DNA of 64,000 bases from Nitrospirota bacterium. GTDB taxonomy: Bacteria > Nitrospirota > UBA9217. This document shows positions 32,482 through 43,819 of this stretch, piece by piece. The translations under genes were made by a program, and so were the position numbers. The notes below the pieces were generated by a model that ran no database searches, was not told the origin of the DNA, and saw only the letters and a list, made by a program, of their open reading frames with translations. Each line of letters starts with the position of its first letter. Position 1 is the first letter of the stretch. Where the stretch lies: assembly GCA_963751455.1 (NCBI GenBank), contig CAVVUN010000015.1, positions 1,600,001-1,664,000 of the forward strand. Reading direction: 5' to 3'.

Positions 32482-32747
32482 TGAAAAGGACTGCAGTGCA
32501 ACGTAAGGCCGATAGCATGGCGTGCAGCAATCATAAGTATCAAAAAATGTCGCGCATTAATCAAATTTGTCGTGTATGGAAATTTAAACGGTCTGTTAAA
32601 GGCGGGACTGATTTATTACAGAGAGCAGAACGAACAGAGAAACCAAGAATACGTTTGAAAGGTTTTGATGGCGAAATGAGGAACCTGTTTACCCTGCAAG
32701 GGTAAAACGCCAAGATACGGAGGCGAAGGGTCGAGAAAAAAACGAGA

Positions 32748-33212
32748 TTATGCGTTATATTCCGTGCCGCCGCTTCCGCCGCTTTCGCCGAGGTTTTTTA
32801 TCCAGTTATCGATCGTGGATGCATCCTGTTTTGCCAGGACCTCTTCGGCAACAAACACCGGGGCGCCGATTCTGATTGCTACCGCTATCGCGTCGCTTGG
32901 CCTGGAATCTATGTGGAACTCCTTATTGTTGTTCAGAAGATACAGCGACGCATAGAACGTATTATCGATAAGGTCGCTTATGACGACCCGGGCAATCTCT
33001 ATTTCAAGCCGGTCAAATATGTTGACGATCAGATCATGTGTAAGCGGTCTCGATGGTTTTACGTTGCTCATTGCCAAAGCGATTGAGTTTCCTTCAGCGG
33101 CTCCTATCCAGATCGGAAGTATTTTTTTTCCTGTTTCATCCTTCAAAACGACGATATAGCTGCTGTTCCTGCTGTCGAACAAAACAGTGTTTACATTCAT
33201 TTGAACCCACAT
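32748..33212 (-). CDS. Bifunctional nuclease family (DUF151) protein
   Basis: LPIWIGAAEG, RPLTHDL, TFYASL, DSRPSDAIAVA. Confidence 0.92.
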   Translation of the reverse strand: MWVQMNVNTVLFDSRNSSYIVVLKDETGKKILPIWIGAAEGNSIALAMSNVKPSRPLTHDLIVNIFDRLEIEIARVVISDLIDNTFYASLYLLNNNKEFHIDSRPSDAIAVAIRIGAPVFVAEEVLAKQDASTIDNWIKNLGESGGSGGTEYNA

Positions 33213-33279
33213 ATTTACTCCTTTTCTCTTCTCAAATAAACATACCACACCGGGCAAATCAAGTAAAGGGATTATTTTA

Positions 33280-33307
33280 TTGACATTTTCGGGAGATAGG
33301 ATATACT
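33280..33307 (+). promoter_or_regulatory. Putative sigma70 promoter of the argS operon
   Basis: TTGACA-N16-TATACT. Confidence 0.5.
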
Positions 33308-33474
33308 TTCACACTTGTAAACTGCGAAAAAAACAGCGAACATAATGTTAATTCCATGAGCTGCGTGCATAAAAGAGCATCGAAATCGGCAATTTTCGTC
33401 CGCCTGTTCATCACCCCCACCTCTGAATTTCTCCGCCGTTCGAGGGGGAGGAGTATTGGAGAAAGGCATTTCGG

Positions 33475-35139
33475 GTGAAACTAACAGTAACGGAAATCCT
33501 GCTCCAAGCCCTCACGCGTGCTAAAGAAAAGGGCGAACTAAAACTCGAAACAAAGCCGGCGATCACGCTCGATACTCCCCGCGAAAAAAGCCACGGCGAT
33601 CTTGCTACTACCCTCGCCATGACCCTTGCCAAGCCGGAGTCAAAGCCCCCGAGGAGGATCGCTGAGATCATTATCGGCAATATCCGCGACGACTCCGGGA
33701 TCCTGGAAAAGACAGAAATAGCGGGGCCCGGCTTCATCAATTTTTTCTTCAAGCAGGAACGATGGAAACAAACGCTCTTTGACATCGAAGCCCTGGGAAC
33801 GCGATACGGGCTGGCGGACATCGGTAAAGGCAAAAAGGTACTGGTGGAGTTTGTAAGTGCCAACCCGACCGGCCCGCTCCACGTCGGCCACGGCAGGGGA
33901 GCAGCCGTCGGAGATGCGCTTTCGAATCTGCTTGCCGCTGTCGGATACGCAGTGTCCCGTGAGTTCTATATCAATGATGCGGGCAGGCAGATCAGGCTGC
34001 TCGCGCTTTCCGTGTACAGCCGGTACCAGCAGGCGCTCGGCAATCAGGTTCCCTTTCCCGAGGATGGATATCACGGCGCCTACATCGAGGAAATTGCGCA
34101 GGCATTCAGCAAAGTGCATGGCACGCATTATCTGAACGTGCCGTTTGACGAGTGCGTTGACCGGTTCGGGGATTTCGGCAAGGAGACAATGCTGGCCGAT
34201 ATTCGGCAGGACCTGGAAGGGTTCGGCGTTCGTTTCGACACCTGGTTCAGCGAGGCCGGTTTGCTCGCGGACGGGTCGGTGAAACGATCAATCGACGAAC
34301 TGATGGAAAGCCGGAACCTCTACGAGCAGGAAGGCGCGCTCTGGCTGCGTTCAACAACGTTCGGAGACGATAAAGACAGGGTAGTTCTGAAAAAGGACGG
34401 CAGCTTTACTTATCTTGCTACCGACATCGCCTATCACCGGAACAAGCTGGCCCGGGGGTTCGAGTCGCTTGTCAACATATGGGGCGCAGATCATCACGGC
34501 TATATTCCACGGGTACAGGCCGTAATTCAGGCTTTCGGGCATCCTCCCGATTCGCTCCACGTGCTGCTGGTTCAGCTCGTTGCAATCCTCAGGCACGGGC
34601 AACCGGTTCCGATGTCCAAGAGGGCGGGAAACTTCGTTACCCTCAGGGACGTGGTCCAGGATGTAGGCAGGGATGCCGCCCGCTTTATCTTTCTCACCCG
34701 GCGCTCAGACAGCCACCTGGACTTCGACCTGGATGTGGCAAAGGAACAGTCCAGGGAAAATCCGGTGTACTACGTGCAGTACGCCCACGCACGGGTGGCA
34801 AGTCTTTTTCGGGAAGCTGAATCACGCGGCATCCCGCAGCCTGCACGGCAATCCGTCGACGTCTCACTCCTGGACCTTGAGGAAGAGCAGAGCATCATCA
34901 AATCGCTTGCAAAATATCCCGAGGTGGTCGAAGACGCGGCGCTGGCGTACGAGCCGCACCGGTTGACGTTCTATCTTCAGGATCTGGCAGGCATGCTCCA
35001 TAACTACTACTTCAAGCACCGCGTGATAACAGAGGATGCGCCAAGGACGGCTGCCCGACTTTTTCTCATGAAGCAGGTGAAAACCGTCATACAGTGCGCG
35101 CTTACTATTCTCGGCGTGAGCGCGCCGGATAGAATGTAG
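33475..35139 (+). CDS. argS: Arginine--tRNA ligase
   Basis: AGPGFINF, EFVSANPTGPLHVGH, WGADHHGY, MSKRAG, YYVQYAHAR. Confidence 0.97.
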   Translation: MKLTVTEILLQALTRAKEKGELKLETKPAITLDTPREKSHGDLATTLAMTLAKPESKPPRRIAEIIIGNIRDDSGILEKTEIAGPGFINFFFKQERWKQTLFDIEALGTRYGLADIGKGKKVLVEFVSANPTGPLHVGHGRGAAVGDALSNLLAAVGYAVSREFYINDAGRQIRLLALSVYSRYQQALGNQVPFPEDGYHGAYIEEIAQAFSKVHGTHYLNVPFDECVDRFGDFGKETMLADIRQDLEGFGVRFDTWFSEAGLLADGSVKRSIDELMESRNLYEQEGALWLRSTTFGDDKDRVVLKKDGSFTYLATDIAYHRNKLARGFESLVNIWGADHHGYIPRVQAVIQAFGHPPDSLHVLLVQLVAILRHGQPVPMSKRAGNFVTLRDVVQDVGRDAARFIFLTRRSDSHLDFDLDVAKEQSRENPVYYVQYAHARVASLFREAESRGIPQPARQSVDVSLLDLEEEQSIIKSLAKYPEVVEDAALAYEPHRLTFYLQDLAGMLHNYYFKHRVITEDAPRTAARLFLMKQVKTVIQCALTILGVSAPDRM

Positions 35140-35275
35140 CAATTGCGGATTTCACCCTGCACTCGCGCTGCGCACTGCTTAGACTCATTGTCTTACCATC
35201 TCGCTGAGAAGCGCGAGACGGGAATCAAGGACCTCATAAGCTCTGGGTGCAGGCGGATTGCGGATTGCGGAATAA
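35132..35275. repeat. Period-7 repeat arm interrupted by a ~100-bp inverted-repeat insert
   Basis: gaatgta gcaattg cggattt [CCTGCACTC ... GGGTGCAGG] cggattg cggattg cggaata. Confidence 0.6.
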
Positions 35276-35303
35276 AAGCACAAAATCATTAATCTGAAAT
35301 TAA

Positions 35304-36416
<1,113 letters not shown>

Positions 36417-36418
36417 TA

Positions 36419-36498
36419 AGTGCATAATGCAAAGTGCAAATTGTAAATAGCAAATTGTGGGAAAGCTAAACACTTTCCACTTTGCAATTTGAAATTGA
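36419..36498. repeat. Period-7 inverted-repeat element (AAATTGC type)
   Basis: agtgcat aatgcaa agtgcaa attgtaa atagcaa ... tttgcaa tttgaaa. Confidence 0.65.
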
Positions 36499-36519
36499 AG
36501 AAATTTTAAGGAGGACAAC

Positions 36520-36858
36520 ATGTTAACAGCTATAGCGCATGCCATGGGGACGTCGGGAGGCGCAGGCGGTCAGGGAGGCGGCGGAGGTGCTTCCGGCCTC
36601 ATCATGATGGTCGCCATATTCGCGATTTTCTATTTCATCCTCATACGGCCTCAGCAGAAGAAGATGAAAGAACATAAGAAGATGGTGGACGAGCTTAAAA
36701 AAGGCGACGAGATCGTTACTGCCGGCGGGATGTACGCAACGGTGGAAGGCGTGACGCCCGAAACGCTGACGGTCAAGATTGCGGAAGGCACGAAAGTAAA
36801 GATCACGCGCAGCTCGGTTGCCGCGGTTGTGACGGAAAAAGAGAAGCCCAAGGAATAA
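36520..36858 (+). CDS. yajC: Preprotein translocase subunit YajC
   Basis: FYFILIRPQQKK..LKKGDEIVTAGG; between tgt and secD. Confidence 0.96.
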   Translation: MLTAIAHAMGTSGGAGGQGGGGGASGLIMMVAIFAIFYFILIRPQQKKMKEHKKMVDELKKGDEIVTAGGMYATVEGVTPETLTVKIAEGTKVKITRSSVAAVVTEKEKPKE

Positions 36859-36870
36859 GGCGAAGAAAAA

Positions 36871-36941
36871 ACGAAGGACGAAGGACGAGGGACGATAACA
36901 GAAAAAGCGAAAGCGTATCATCCTTCGTCTCTCGCTCCTCG
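36871..36941. repeat. Period-7 inverted-repeat element (ACGAAGG type)
   Basis: acgaagg acgaagg acgaggg acgataa ... tatcatc cttcgtc tctcgct cctcg. Confidence 0.7.
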
Positions 36942-36983
36942 GGGTTTATCGATATTTCAGATTTACCAGGAGGCCATGGCATT

Positions 36984-38558
36984 ATGAAAAAGAGCATCCA
37001 ATGGAGAGTCGGGCTCATAGCACTCTCAGTCTTTGTAGCGTTGTTTTTATTTCTGCCTTCCACCCCGCTTGAATCGAAATTGCCGGGATGGTGGCACAGG
37101 AGCGTGCCCAAGATATCGCTGGGGCTCGATCTCAGGGGCGGAAGCCATATCGTGATGCAGGTAGAGACGGAAAAGGCGGTTGAGTCATCGGTGGACAACA
37201 TTGTGGCTGATCTGCAGACGACCGCTTCATCGCAGGCGCTCGCTGTGACCTTCGCCAGGACCGGCCAGGATATCAGCGCGAAGTTCGGTGAGGGGCTGGA
37301 CGAAAAGGTAGATAAGCTCGTCAAGGGAAGCTACGCTATCGTGGATTCCAAATCCCAGTCAAAAGGTCAGCTGGTATACAGCCTTAAGACGGCGGAGGTG
37401 AACCGTCTGAAGGAGTGGGCGGTGCAGCAGGCCCTCGAACGGACCAGGCGCCGCATCGACAAATACGGCGTGGCCGAGCCCGCGATATATAAGCAGGAGC
37501 AGGACCAGATAGCGCTCCAGCTACCCGGCGTGAAGAATCCGCAGGAAGCCATCTCGTTCATAAAGACGGCAGGCCGGCTCGAGTTCAAACTGGTGAACAC
37601 GGACCCGGATGCTTTCCAGAAGGCGCAGGCCGGCAAACCGCCCGAGGGTACGGAATTGCTCTTTGAAGAACGCGAGAACGAAAGCGGCAAGATCGTGAAA
37701 CAGCCTGTGCTCGTTTACAGCAAGACGCTTTTAACCGGGGACCGGTTAAAGGAAGCCAAGGTAGGCATCGATCAATACAACAAGCCGGCGGTAAACATCT
37801 CGTTCGACAGCGAAGGAGCGAAGATTTTCGACCGTATTACGGCGGAAAACATCGGGAAACAGCTGGCGATTATCCTGGACGGGGTAATCCATTCAGCTCC
37901 GCGGATCCAGGACAGGATCAGCGGCGGGAGCGCCGAGATCACGGGCAGCTTCACGCATGAAGAGGCGTCAAAGCTTGCCATTGTGCTGCGTGAATCGCTT
38001 CCGGCCCCTGTTAAGATCATCCAGAACGTAACGGTTGGCCCCTCGCTCGGGCAGGACTCGATTACCAAGGGCGTCCATGCAGCGATCATCGGGGGTCTCA
38101 TAGTTATCGTGTTCATGGTAGTCTATTACCGGCTGTCCGGCCTCATTGCGGACTACGCGATCGTGTTAAACCTGGTTCTCCTGCTGGGCGCCATGGCTCT
38201 TTTGAATGCGACGCTCACGCTGCCGGGCATCGCAGGCATCATCCTGACCATGGGTATGGGCGTGGACACCAATGTCCTCATGTTCGAGCGTATACGCGAA
38301 GAAATCCGTACGGGCAAGCAGGCGCGTCCGGCTGTGGATTCGGGGTATGACAAGGCATTTCTTACGATCCTCGACTCGCATGTGACAACCCTTATCACTG
38401 CTGCGGCGCTGTTCATGTTCGGAACCGGGCCCATTAAGGGTTTCGCAGTGACCCTCAGCCTCGGCATCATAATCAACCTGTATTCCGCTTTGGTCGGCAC
38501 CAAGGTGATCTTTGATATCATCAATACGAAGTGGAAGTTGGAGAAGCTCAGTATTTAA
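36984..38558 (+). CDS. secD: Protein translocase subunit SecD
   Basis: LGLDLRGG, GVAEP, VGPSLG, TLTLPGIAG, FERIREE. Confidence 0.97.
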   Translation: MKKSIQWRVGLIALSVFVALFLFLPSTPLESKLPGWWHRSVPKISLGLDLRGGSHIVMQVETEKAVESSVDNIVADLQTTASSQALAVTFARTGQDISAKFGEGLDEKVDKLVKGSYAIVDSKSQSKGQLVYSLKTAEVNRLKEWAVQQALERTRRRIDKYGVAEPAIYKQEQDQIALQLPGVKNPQEAISFIKTAGRLEFKLVNTDPDAFQKAQAGKPPEGTELLFEERENESGKIVKQPVLVYSKTLLTGDRLKEAKVGIDQYNKPAVNISFDSEGAKIFDRITAENIGKQLAIILDGVIHSAPRIQDRISGGSAEITGSFTHEEASKLAIVLRESLPAPVKIIQNVTVGPSLGQDSITKGVHAAIIGGLIVIVFMVVYYRLSGLIADYAIVLNLVLLLGAMALLNATLTLPGIAGIILTMGMGVDTNVLMFERIREEIRTGKQARPAVDSGYDKAFLTILDSHVTTLITAAALFMFGTGPIKGFAVTLSLGIIINLYSALVGTKVIFDIINTKWKLEKLSI

Positions 38559-38644
38559 TGCAAAGTGCATATTGCAAACTGTAAAATTCAAATAATTCGT
38601 TAAAGGCATTTCGGGTTCGCTTGTTAAACCCGCGGGAGGGTACA

Positions 38645-39553
38645 ATGCTTCAGCTCTTACATAAGACCAACGTCGACTTCATGGGATGGAAAAATATATC
38701 GTTTGCTATTTCAGGAGTACTGATTGCGCTGGGGATCATAGCCCTGGTGCAGATCGGCCGCGGCAAGGCGAACCTCGGCATAGATTTCATAGGCGGCACA
38801 ACGATTCAGCTCAGCTTCAAACAGCCGATGCCTATCGACAAAGCCCGCCTGGCCATGGAAAAAAGCGGCTTCCCGGGCGCGTCTATCCAGGAAGTCGGCG
38901 AGGGGGAAAACAAGATCCTGATCAGGCTCCGCGAGTCAGAGGGCGCCTCTGACAAGGTGCAGTCGGTGTTTCGCCAGGAATTTTCCGACAACCCCTTCGA
39001 GGTTTACAGCATCATGGAAATAGGACCCGCGATCGGGCAGGCCCTCCAGCGCGATTCGCTGCTGGCCATCACCGTTTCCATCATCGCCATCGTTATTTAC
39101 ATAGCTGTCCGGTTTCAGTTCAGGTTCGGCATTGCCGCCGCCATTGCTACTGTTCATGATGTACTTGCGGTGCTCGGCATCTTTTATATCATGAACAGGG
39201 AGATCAACCTGCTCATCATTACGGCGCTTCTTACGCTTGCGGGGTATTCGCTGACCGATACCGTAGTAATCTTCGACCGGATCCGTGAGAACCTGAAACG
39301 CAATAAGCGCGATCCGCTGCCGAAACTGGTGAATGACAGCATCAACGAAGTTTTATCCCGTACGATCATAACGTCCCTCACCGTTGTTCTCGTGCTTGTC
39401 CCGCTCGTTATCTGGGGCGGCGATGTGCTGCACGATTTCTCGATCGCGCTGCTCATGGGCGTGATTGTCGGCAGCTTGTCCTCGATGTTCGTTGCCAGCC
39501 CCGTGCTGGTCGTATGGCAGCAAATGAGCGGCGGGAAGCTGATCACAAAATAG
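38645..39553 (+). CDS. secF: Protein translocase subunit SecF
   Basis: LGIDFIGG, HDV, GYSLTDTVVIFDRIREN, LSRTIITS. Confidence 0.97.
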   Translation: MLQLLHKTNVDFMGWKNISFAISGVLIALGIIALVQIGRGKANLGIDFIGGTTIQLSFKQPMPIDKARLAMEKSGFPGASIQEVGEGENKILIRLRESEGASDKVQSVFRQEFSDNPFEVYSIMEIGPAIGQALQRDSLLAITVSIIAIVIYIAVRFQFRFGIAAAIATVHDVLAVLGIFYIMNREINLLIITALLTLAGYSLTDTVVIFDRIRENLKRNKRDPLPKLVNDSINEVLSRTIITSLTVVLVLVPLVIWGGDVLHDFSIALLMGVIVGSLSSMFVASPVLVVWQQMSGGKLITK

Positions 39554-39567
39554 AAACAAAAGAGTTC

Positions 39568-39737
39568 TTATCCGCAGATTTCACAGATTACGCAGAAACA
39601 GCAAGCCCGGAATTCCGGTTTTATAATTCAGCATGCGGGAAATGTTTAAGATTTTCTCAATATTCGTTTTTTTTGTAATGAGAAAATCTAGTAGTCACTA
39701 ATTTCAATCTGCGCACATCTGCGAAATCTGCGGATAA
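39568..39737. repeat. Period-9 inverted-repeat element (CGCAGAT type)
   Basis: TTATCCGCAGATTTCACAGATTACGCAGA ... ATCTGCGCACATCTGCGAAATCTGCGGATAA; homolog at 60228-60315. Confidence 0.8.
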
Positions 39738-39754
39738 TCTTTTCAGGTTTTTTA

Positions 39755-40438
39755 ATGTCGAATGATCCTCTCTCCATTAAAGTCGGCGGCGCCGAAGCCC
39801 GGGTGTATACCGACGCCGATCCGGTTGAGCTGTCCTGCGGTTCTGCGGGCTGCGAATCAAACTGCTGCACCAGGAGCGCGCCTGTCATTCTCAACCCCTA
39901 TGAAATCGCCTTGATCTGCAGGGAAAGCGGCATGAGCTACGAAACGCTGCTCGATGTCGTGGATACCGGCCGGACAAAGAGCTTTCCCCTGGTGATGCTG
40001 CCCCGGGATCCGGCCTGTCATTTCTGGTCTTCAGGCGGGTGCCGCATTTACAGCGCAAGGCCGCTTGCGTGCAGGCTCTATCCGCTCGGCAGGGTCTTCG
40101 AGAACGGGAAATCGTATATCGTCCATCCCGAGCTGAACGTCTGCGGCGGTTTTGTCACTGCAACGGCCCGGCAGAGACTTGAAGGCTATCTCGCGGGTCA
40201 AAGCGTTGATCTGCATATCCGGATGTCGGACATCTGGATAGATTTCGTATCGGAAATAGAACGCCTTCCGCTTCCGGATGCGCCGGTCACCTCCGTAGCC
40301 TTCCATATGCTTGTGTACAGCCCTGATACGCCTCCGGCAAGAGGGCATACCGATTCTGCCTTGTCCCCTGAGGACCGTTTTATGCTGCGTCTGAAGACTG
40401 CCCGTGAACAGCTTCCCCGTTTTCTGCATCTGGTCTAG
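39755..40438 (+). CDS. YkgJ-family cysteine-cluster (CxxCxxCC-like) protein
   Basis: SCGSAGCESNCC..ACHF..GCRIYSARPLACRLYP..CGG. Confidence 0.85.
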   Translation: MSNDPLSIKVGGAEARVYTDADPVELSCGSAGCESNCCTRSAPVILNPYEIALICRESGMSYETLLDVVDTGRTKSFPLVMLPRDPACHFWSSGGCRIYSARPLACRLYPLGRVFENGKSYIVHPELNVCGGFVTATARQRLEGYLAGQSVDLHIRMSDIWIDFVSEIERLPLPDAPVTSVAFHMLVYSPDTPPARGHTDSALSPEDRFMLRLKTAREQLPRFLHLV

Positions 40439-40619
40439 TGATCCCGGAAAGAGCATTCGGACACGGAAAAATCGGATAACATCGGATAAAGATAAATAAA
40501 AATCAATCTTCTTAATAAAAAACCATCACCCGTTTGGTGATTTTTCGTTTCGATCCAAGTCCTCGATTTAATCCGCCGTTTCTGCGTTTATCTGCGTCCA
40601 ACTGCCGTTTTTGGGTGAT
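40439..40619. mobile_element. MITE-like element, same family as 32309-32481
   Basis: Right end reverse-complements to ATCACCCAAAAACGGCAGTTGGACGCAGAT; left end ATCCCGGAAAGAGCATTCGGACACGGA. Confidence 0.6.
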
Positions 40620-40651
40620 AAGAACCAAATCTCGGGTTGATCCGTCATAAC

Positions 40652-40685
40652 AAAAAGGGTGTCGCCTTACGGCGACACCCTTTGT
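40652..40685. terminator. Bidirectional Rho-independent terminator between convergent genes
   Basis: AAAGGGTGTCGCC-TTAC-GGCGACACCCTTT. Confidence 0.8.
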
Positions 40686-40705
40686 ATTTTCGGGGGAAAT
40701 TTATC

Positions 40706-40845
40706 CAAAACGAAGCAGAAGACCACGTGGCGTTAGCCCGTGGTTGAATGCGTCCCTCTTGTTTCCCTCCTCCTTCAGGGGGAGTTAGGAGGGGGTGCTT
40801 CTTTTGAATTCAAGTGCCACGGGCGTAAGCCCGTGGGTATCTACT
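40706..40845. mobile_element. Non-autonomous element with two IS200/IS605-like end hairpins
   Basis: CCACGTGGCGTTAGCCCGTGG (40723-40743) and CCACGGGCGTAAGCCCGTGG (40817-40836); abuts the typA stop. Confidence 0.5.
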
Positions 40846-42663
40846 TTAGTCGATCTTATCCCTGTTCTTCGGCCTCTTATTGGACTCGAGTATCCTCTTT
40901 CTCAGCCTGATGGAACCAGGCGTCACTTCAACCAGTTCGTCTTCCTTGATGAACTCGATCGCCTGCTCCAGCGAAAGCTGACGGTGAGGGACGAGCCGAA
41001 GCGCCTCATCAGCGCCTGACGCCCGCATATTCGTGAGCTTCTTTTCCTTGATCACGTTTACATCGATGTCGTTCTCACGCGAGTTCTCCCCGACAATCAT
41101 TCCTTCGTACACCGCGGTGCTTTCCTTGATAAACAATTCGCCGCGGGGCTGGATATGGTACAGGGCATATGTAGTGGTCTTCCCCGGCCGGTCAGCGACA
41201 AGAGCGCCGGTGGCGCGCTTCGCGATCGGCCCCTGCCAGAGCTCATATCCGTCGAAGATGTGGTTCAGCAAGCCGGTTCCCCGGGTATCAGTCAGAAATT
41301 CCGACCTGAAGCCGATCAGGCCCCTCGCGGGGATGCGGAACTCAAGCCTGACGCGTCCGTGGCCGTTGTTCGCCATCTTGGTCATACGGCCCTTGCGGGA
41401 CCCGAGCTTCTGGGTGACCACCCCGATGAACTCTTCCGGGCAGTCGATAACGAGGTTTTCCATGGGCTCGTAGGTCTTCCCTTCGCGCTCCTTGGTAATT
41501 GTTTCCGGCTGGGAGACGGAAAGCTCATATCCCTCGCGTCTCATCATTTCGATCAGGATCGCGAGCTGCAGTTCACCTCTTCCGAGCACCTTGAAACTGT
41601 CGGTAGCCTCTGACTTTTCCACCCTGATCGCGACGTTGTACAGAAGCTCTTTTTCGAGCCGTTCCTTTAAATGGCGGGAAGTCACGAACTTGCCTTCCTT
41701 CCCGGCAAAGGGCGAGGTGTTGATCGAGAAGACCATCGAAATTGTCGGCTCATCCACGGCGATGCGCGGCAGGGCCACCGGATTTTCCGGATCCGTAATC
41801 GTATCCCCGATGTTGACCCCTTCAATGCCGGCCAGCGCGACTATGTCGCCGATGGTGGCATTTTCCGCATCAACCCGTTTGAGGCCCTCGAATTCAAAAA
41901 GCGAAGTTATCTTCGTCTTTATGGTGCCGTTATGGGTAACCACGCCGATGGGAGCGGCCACAGATGCGGTTCCGGAGAAAATCTTTCCGATCGCCAGGCG
42001 TCCTACGTAGTCGTTATAGTCGATGTTCATCACGAGGAGCTGAAGGGGGGCCGTTTCGTCTCCTTCGGCGACGGGGATGGTTTTCAGGATCAGATCAAAG
42101 AGCGGCTTGAGGTCTTTTGCTTCGTCTTCCATCTTCAATTTGGCAAGGCCGTCACGCGCGTTCGTATACACGATCGGGAAATCCAACTGGGCGTCGTTTG
42201 CGTCCAGATCGATGAACAGATCATATACTTCGTTCACGACTTCGCTGATTCTCGCATCGGGCCGGTCGATCTTGTTGATAACGAGAATCGGCGGCAAGCC
42301 GAGTTCCAGGGCCTTCTTGAGGACGAACCGCGTCTGGGGCAGGGGACCTTCCGAGGCATCAACGAGCAGGAGAACGCCGTCCACCATCTTGAGGGTGCGC
42401 TCGACTTCTCCGCCGAAATCGGCATGGCCTGGGGTATCCACAATGTTGATCTTGACGCCGTTGTACCGAACGGACGTGTTTTTTGCCATGATCGTGATCC
42501 CTCGCTCGCGTTCGAGGTCGATGTTGTCCATCACGCGCTCCTGAACGCGCTCGTTATCGCGGAACGTGCCGCTTTGGCGAAGAAGAGTGTCGACAAGTGT
42601 CGTTTTTCCATGGTCGACATGGGCGATTATGGCTATGTTTCGCAGGTCGGTTCTTTTCAGCAT
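40846..42663 (-). CDS. typA: Translational GTPase TypA/BipA
   Basis: [53 protein letters not shown]. Confidence 0.97.
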   Translation of the reverse strand: MLKRTDLRNIAIIAHVDHGKTTLVDTLLRQSGTFRDNERVQERVMDNIDLERERGITIMAKNTSVRYNGVKINIVDTPGHADFGGEVERTLKMVDGVLLLVDASEGPLPQTRFVLKKALELGLPPILVINKIDRPDARISEVVNEVYDLFIDLDANDAQLDFPIVYTNARDGLAKLKMEDEAKDLKPLFDLILKTIPVAEGDETAPLQLLVMNIDYNDYVGRLAIGKIFSGTASVAAPIGVVTHNGTIKTKITSLFEFEGLKRVDAENATIGDIVALAGIEGVNIGDTITDPENPVALPRIAVDEPTISMVFSINTSPFAGKEGKFVTSRHLKERLEKELLYNVAIRVEKSEATDSFKVLGRGELQLAILIEMMRREGYELSVSQPETITKEREGKTYEPMENLVIDCPEEFIGVVTQKLGSRKGRMTKMANNGHGRVRLEFRIPARGLIGFRSEFLTDTRGTGLLNHIFDGYELWQGPIAKRATGALVADRPGKTTTYALYHIQPRGELFIKESTAVYEGMIVGENSRENDIDVNVIKEKKLTNMRASGADEALRLVPHRQLSLEQAIEFIKEDELVEVTPGSIRLRKRILESNKRPKNRDKID

Positions 42664-42907
42664 CAATTTTCCTTTACCGAGAAATGAAAGAGGCAAACAG
42701 AGCACAGTTTGCGCTATGCTCCATGCGCCAGGCATGTATTTCACCAGAGCTGGGCTTTATACCACAAGGGAGCATGTGTTGTCAACCGAATAATGTCTTG
42801 TGGTTCTTCGTTCCATCATGAAATTACGTGTTCCCTGCTTGAAATAACACTTTTTTTATGAAATACTTTTACTAATAAAATCGAGAGCCACGCTTGAGAG
42901 GATAATC

Positions 42908-43765
42908 ATGAAAAGGCTGTACGCGCGGAACCGGGACACTATCATCATCAGCATCCTGGCATTAACGGTCCTCAGCTACGGAAGTACTATAGCGCCTTCC
43001 GCAGCGGCAGCCGAAAAGAACTTCTATGCGGCGGCAGAAGATTTTACCTGGGAAGAGTTTGCCGATGACGGGTCCCGGCTGCTGAAAGAGTCCGGCGTGC
43101 TTACCGGCGTCGGCTTCGTATATTGGAATGAGCTGCCGGACAATATCACGATCAAACCGGTTGCGGAGATATTTGCAGGCACCGTAGATTACGACGGGCA
43201 GGCCTGTGATATAAATACCAATATTTGCGTTCCGGCACGAACTGATGTGGATTACTTCGGCTTGAAGCTGCAGGGAGAAATCGGAAAAAGATCACGGACC
43301 GCAGCAGGTTTTTTCATTGAACCGTTCGGCGGAATCGGCTTTCGCGGCTGGTACAGGGAAATCAACAGCGGAACAGCCGCTGATGGAAGGGCCACAGCGG
43401 GGTACACGGAACAATGGACAACGTTCCATGCAAGACTGGGATTGAGGGGCGGCAGGGACCTCTCAGAGAGAAAACAGGTCTTTGTCGAAGCAGGAGTGAA
43501 ATATCCTCTTTTAAACAGGAATACCGCTTACCTGAGCGATGCCGGGCTCGGTGACGATATCACCATGCACCCGGGGAAAAAGTCTTCTTTGTTCGCTGAA
43601 GCCGGAATGAAAATCAAGACGTTATCGGTAAGCTTGTTTTACGACAGCCTCCGGTTTTCAAAATCGAACGTCGTTGAAACCGTCGAGGGTAATTTCATTA
43701 TTCAGCACTGGCAGCCGAAATCTACTATGGATATGTACGGCCTCAAGGTTGGGGTGATTTTTTAA
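42908..43765 (+). CDS. Probable outer-membrane beta-barrel protein
   Basis: Signal peptide, alternating amphipathic strands rich in G/Y/F, C-terminal YGLKVGVIF. Confidence 0.7.
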   Translation: MKRLYARNRDTIIISILALTVLSYGSTIAPSAAAAEKNFYAAAEDFTWEEFADDGSRLLKESGVLTGVGFVYWNELPDNITIKPVAEIFAGTVDYDGQACDINTNICVPARTDVDYFGLKLQGEIGKRSRTAAGFFIEPFGGIGFRGWYREINSGTAADGRATAGYTEQWTTFHARLGLRGGRDLSERKQVFVEAGVKYPLLNRNTAYLSDAGLGDDITMHPGKKSSLFAEAGMKIKTLSVSLFYDSLRFSKSNVVETVEGNFIIQHWQPKSTMDMYGLKVGVIF

Positions 43766-43819
43766 AAAGCAATAGTACGCAGATGAACGCAGACGTCACA
43801 GATAAACCGACCGATGAAT

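Noticed and set aside
32687-32707. TTTACCCT-GCAA-GGGTAAAA hairpin as a riboswitch part
   Set aside because: An isolated stem just downstream of the DUF151 gene; most simply a terminator.
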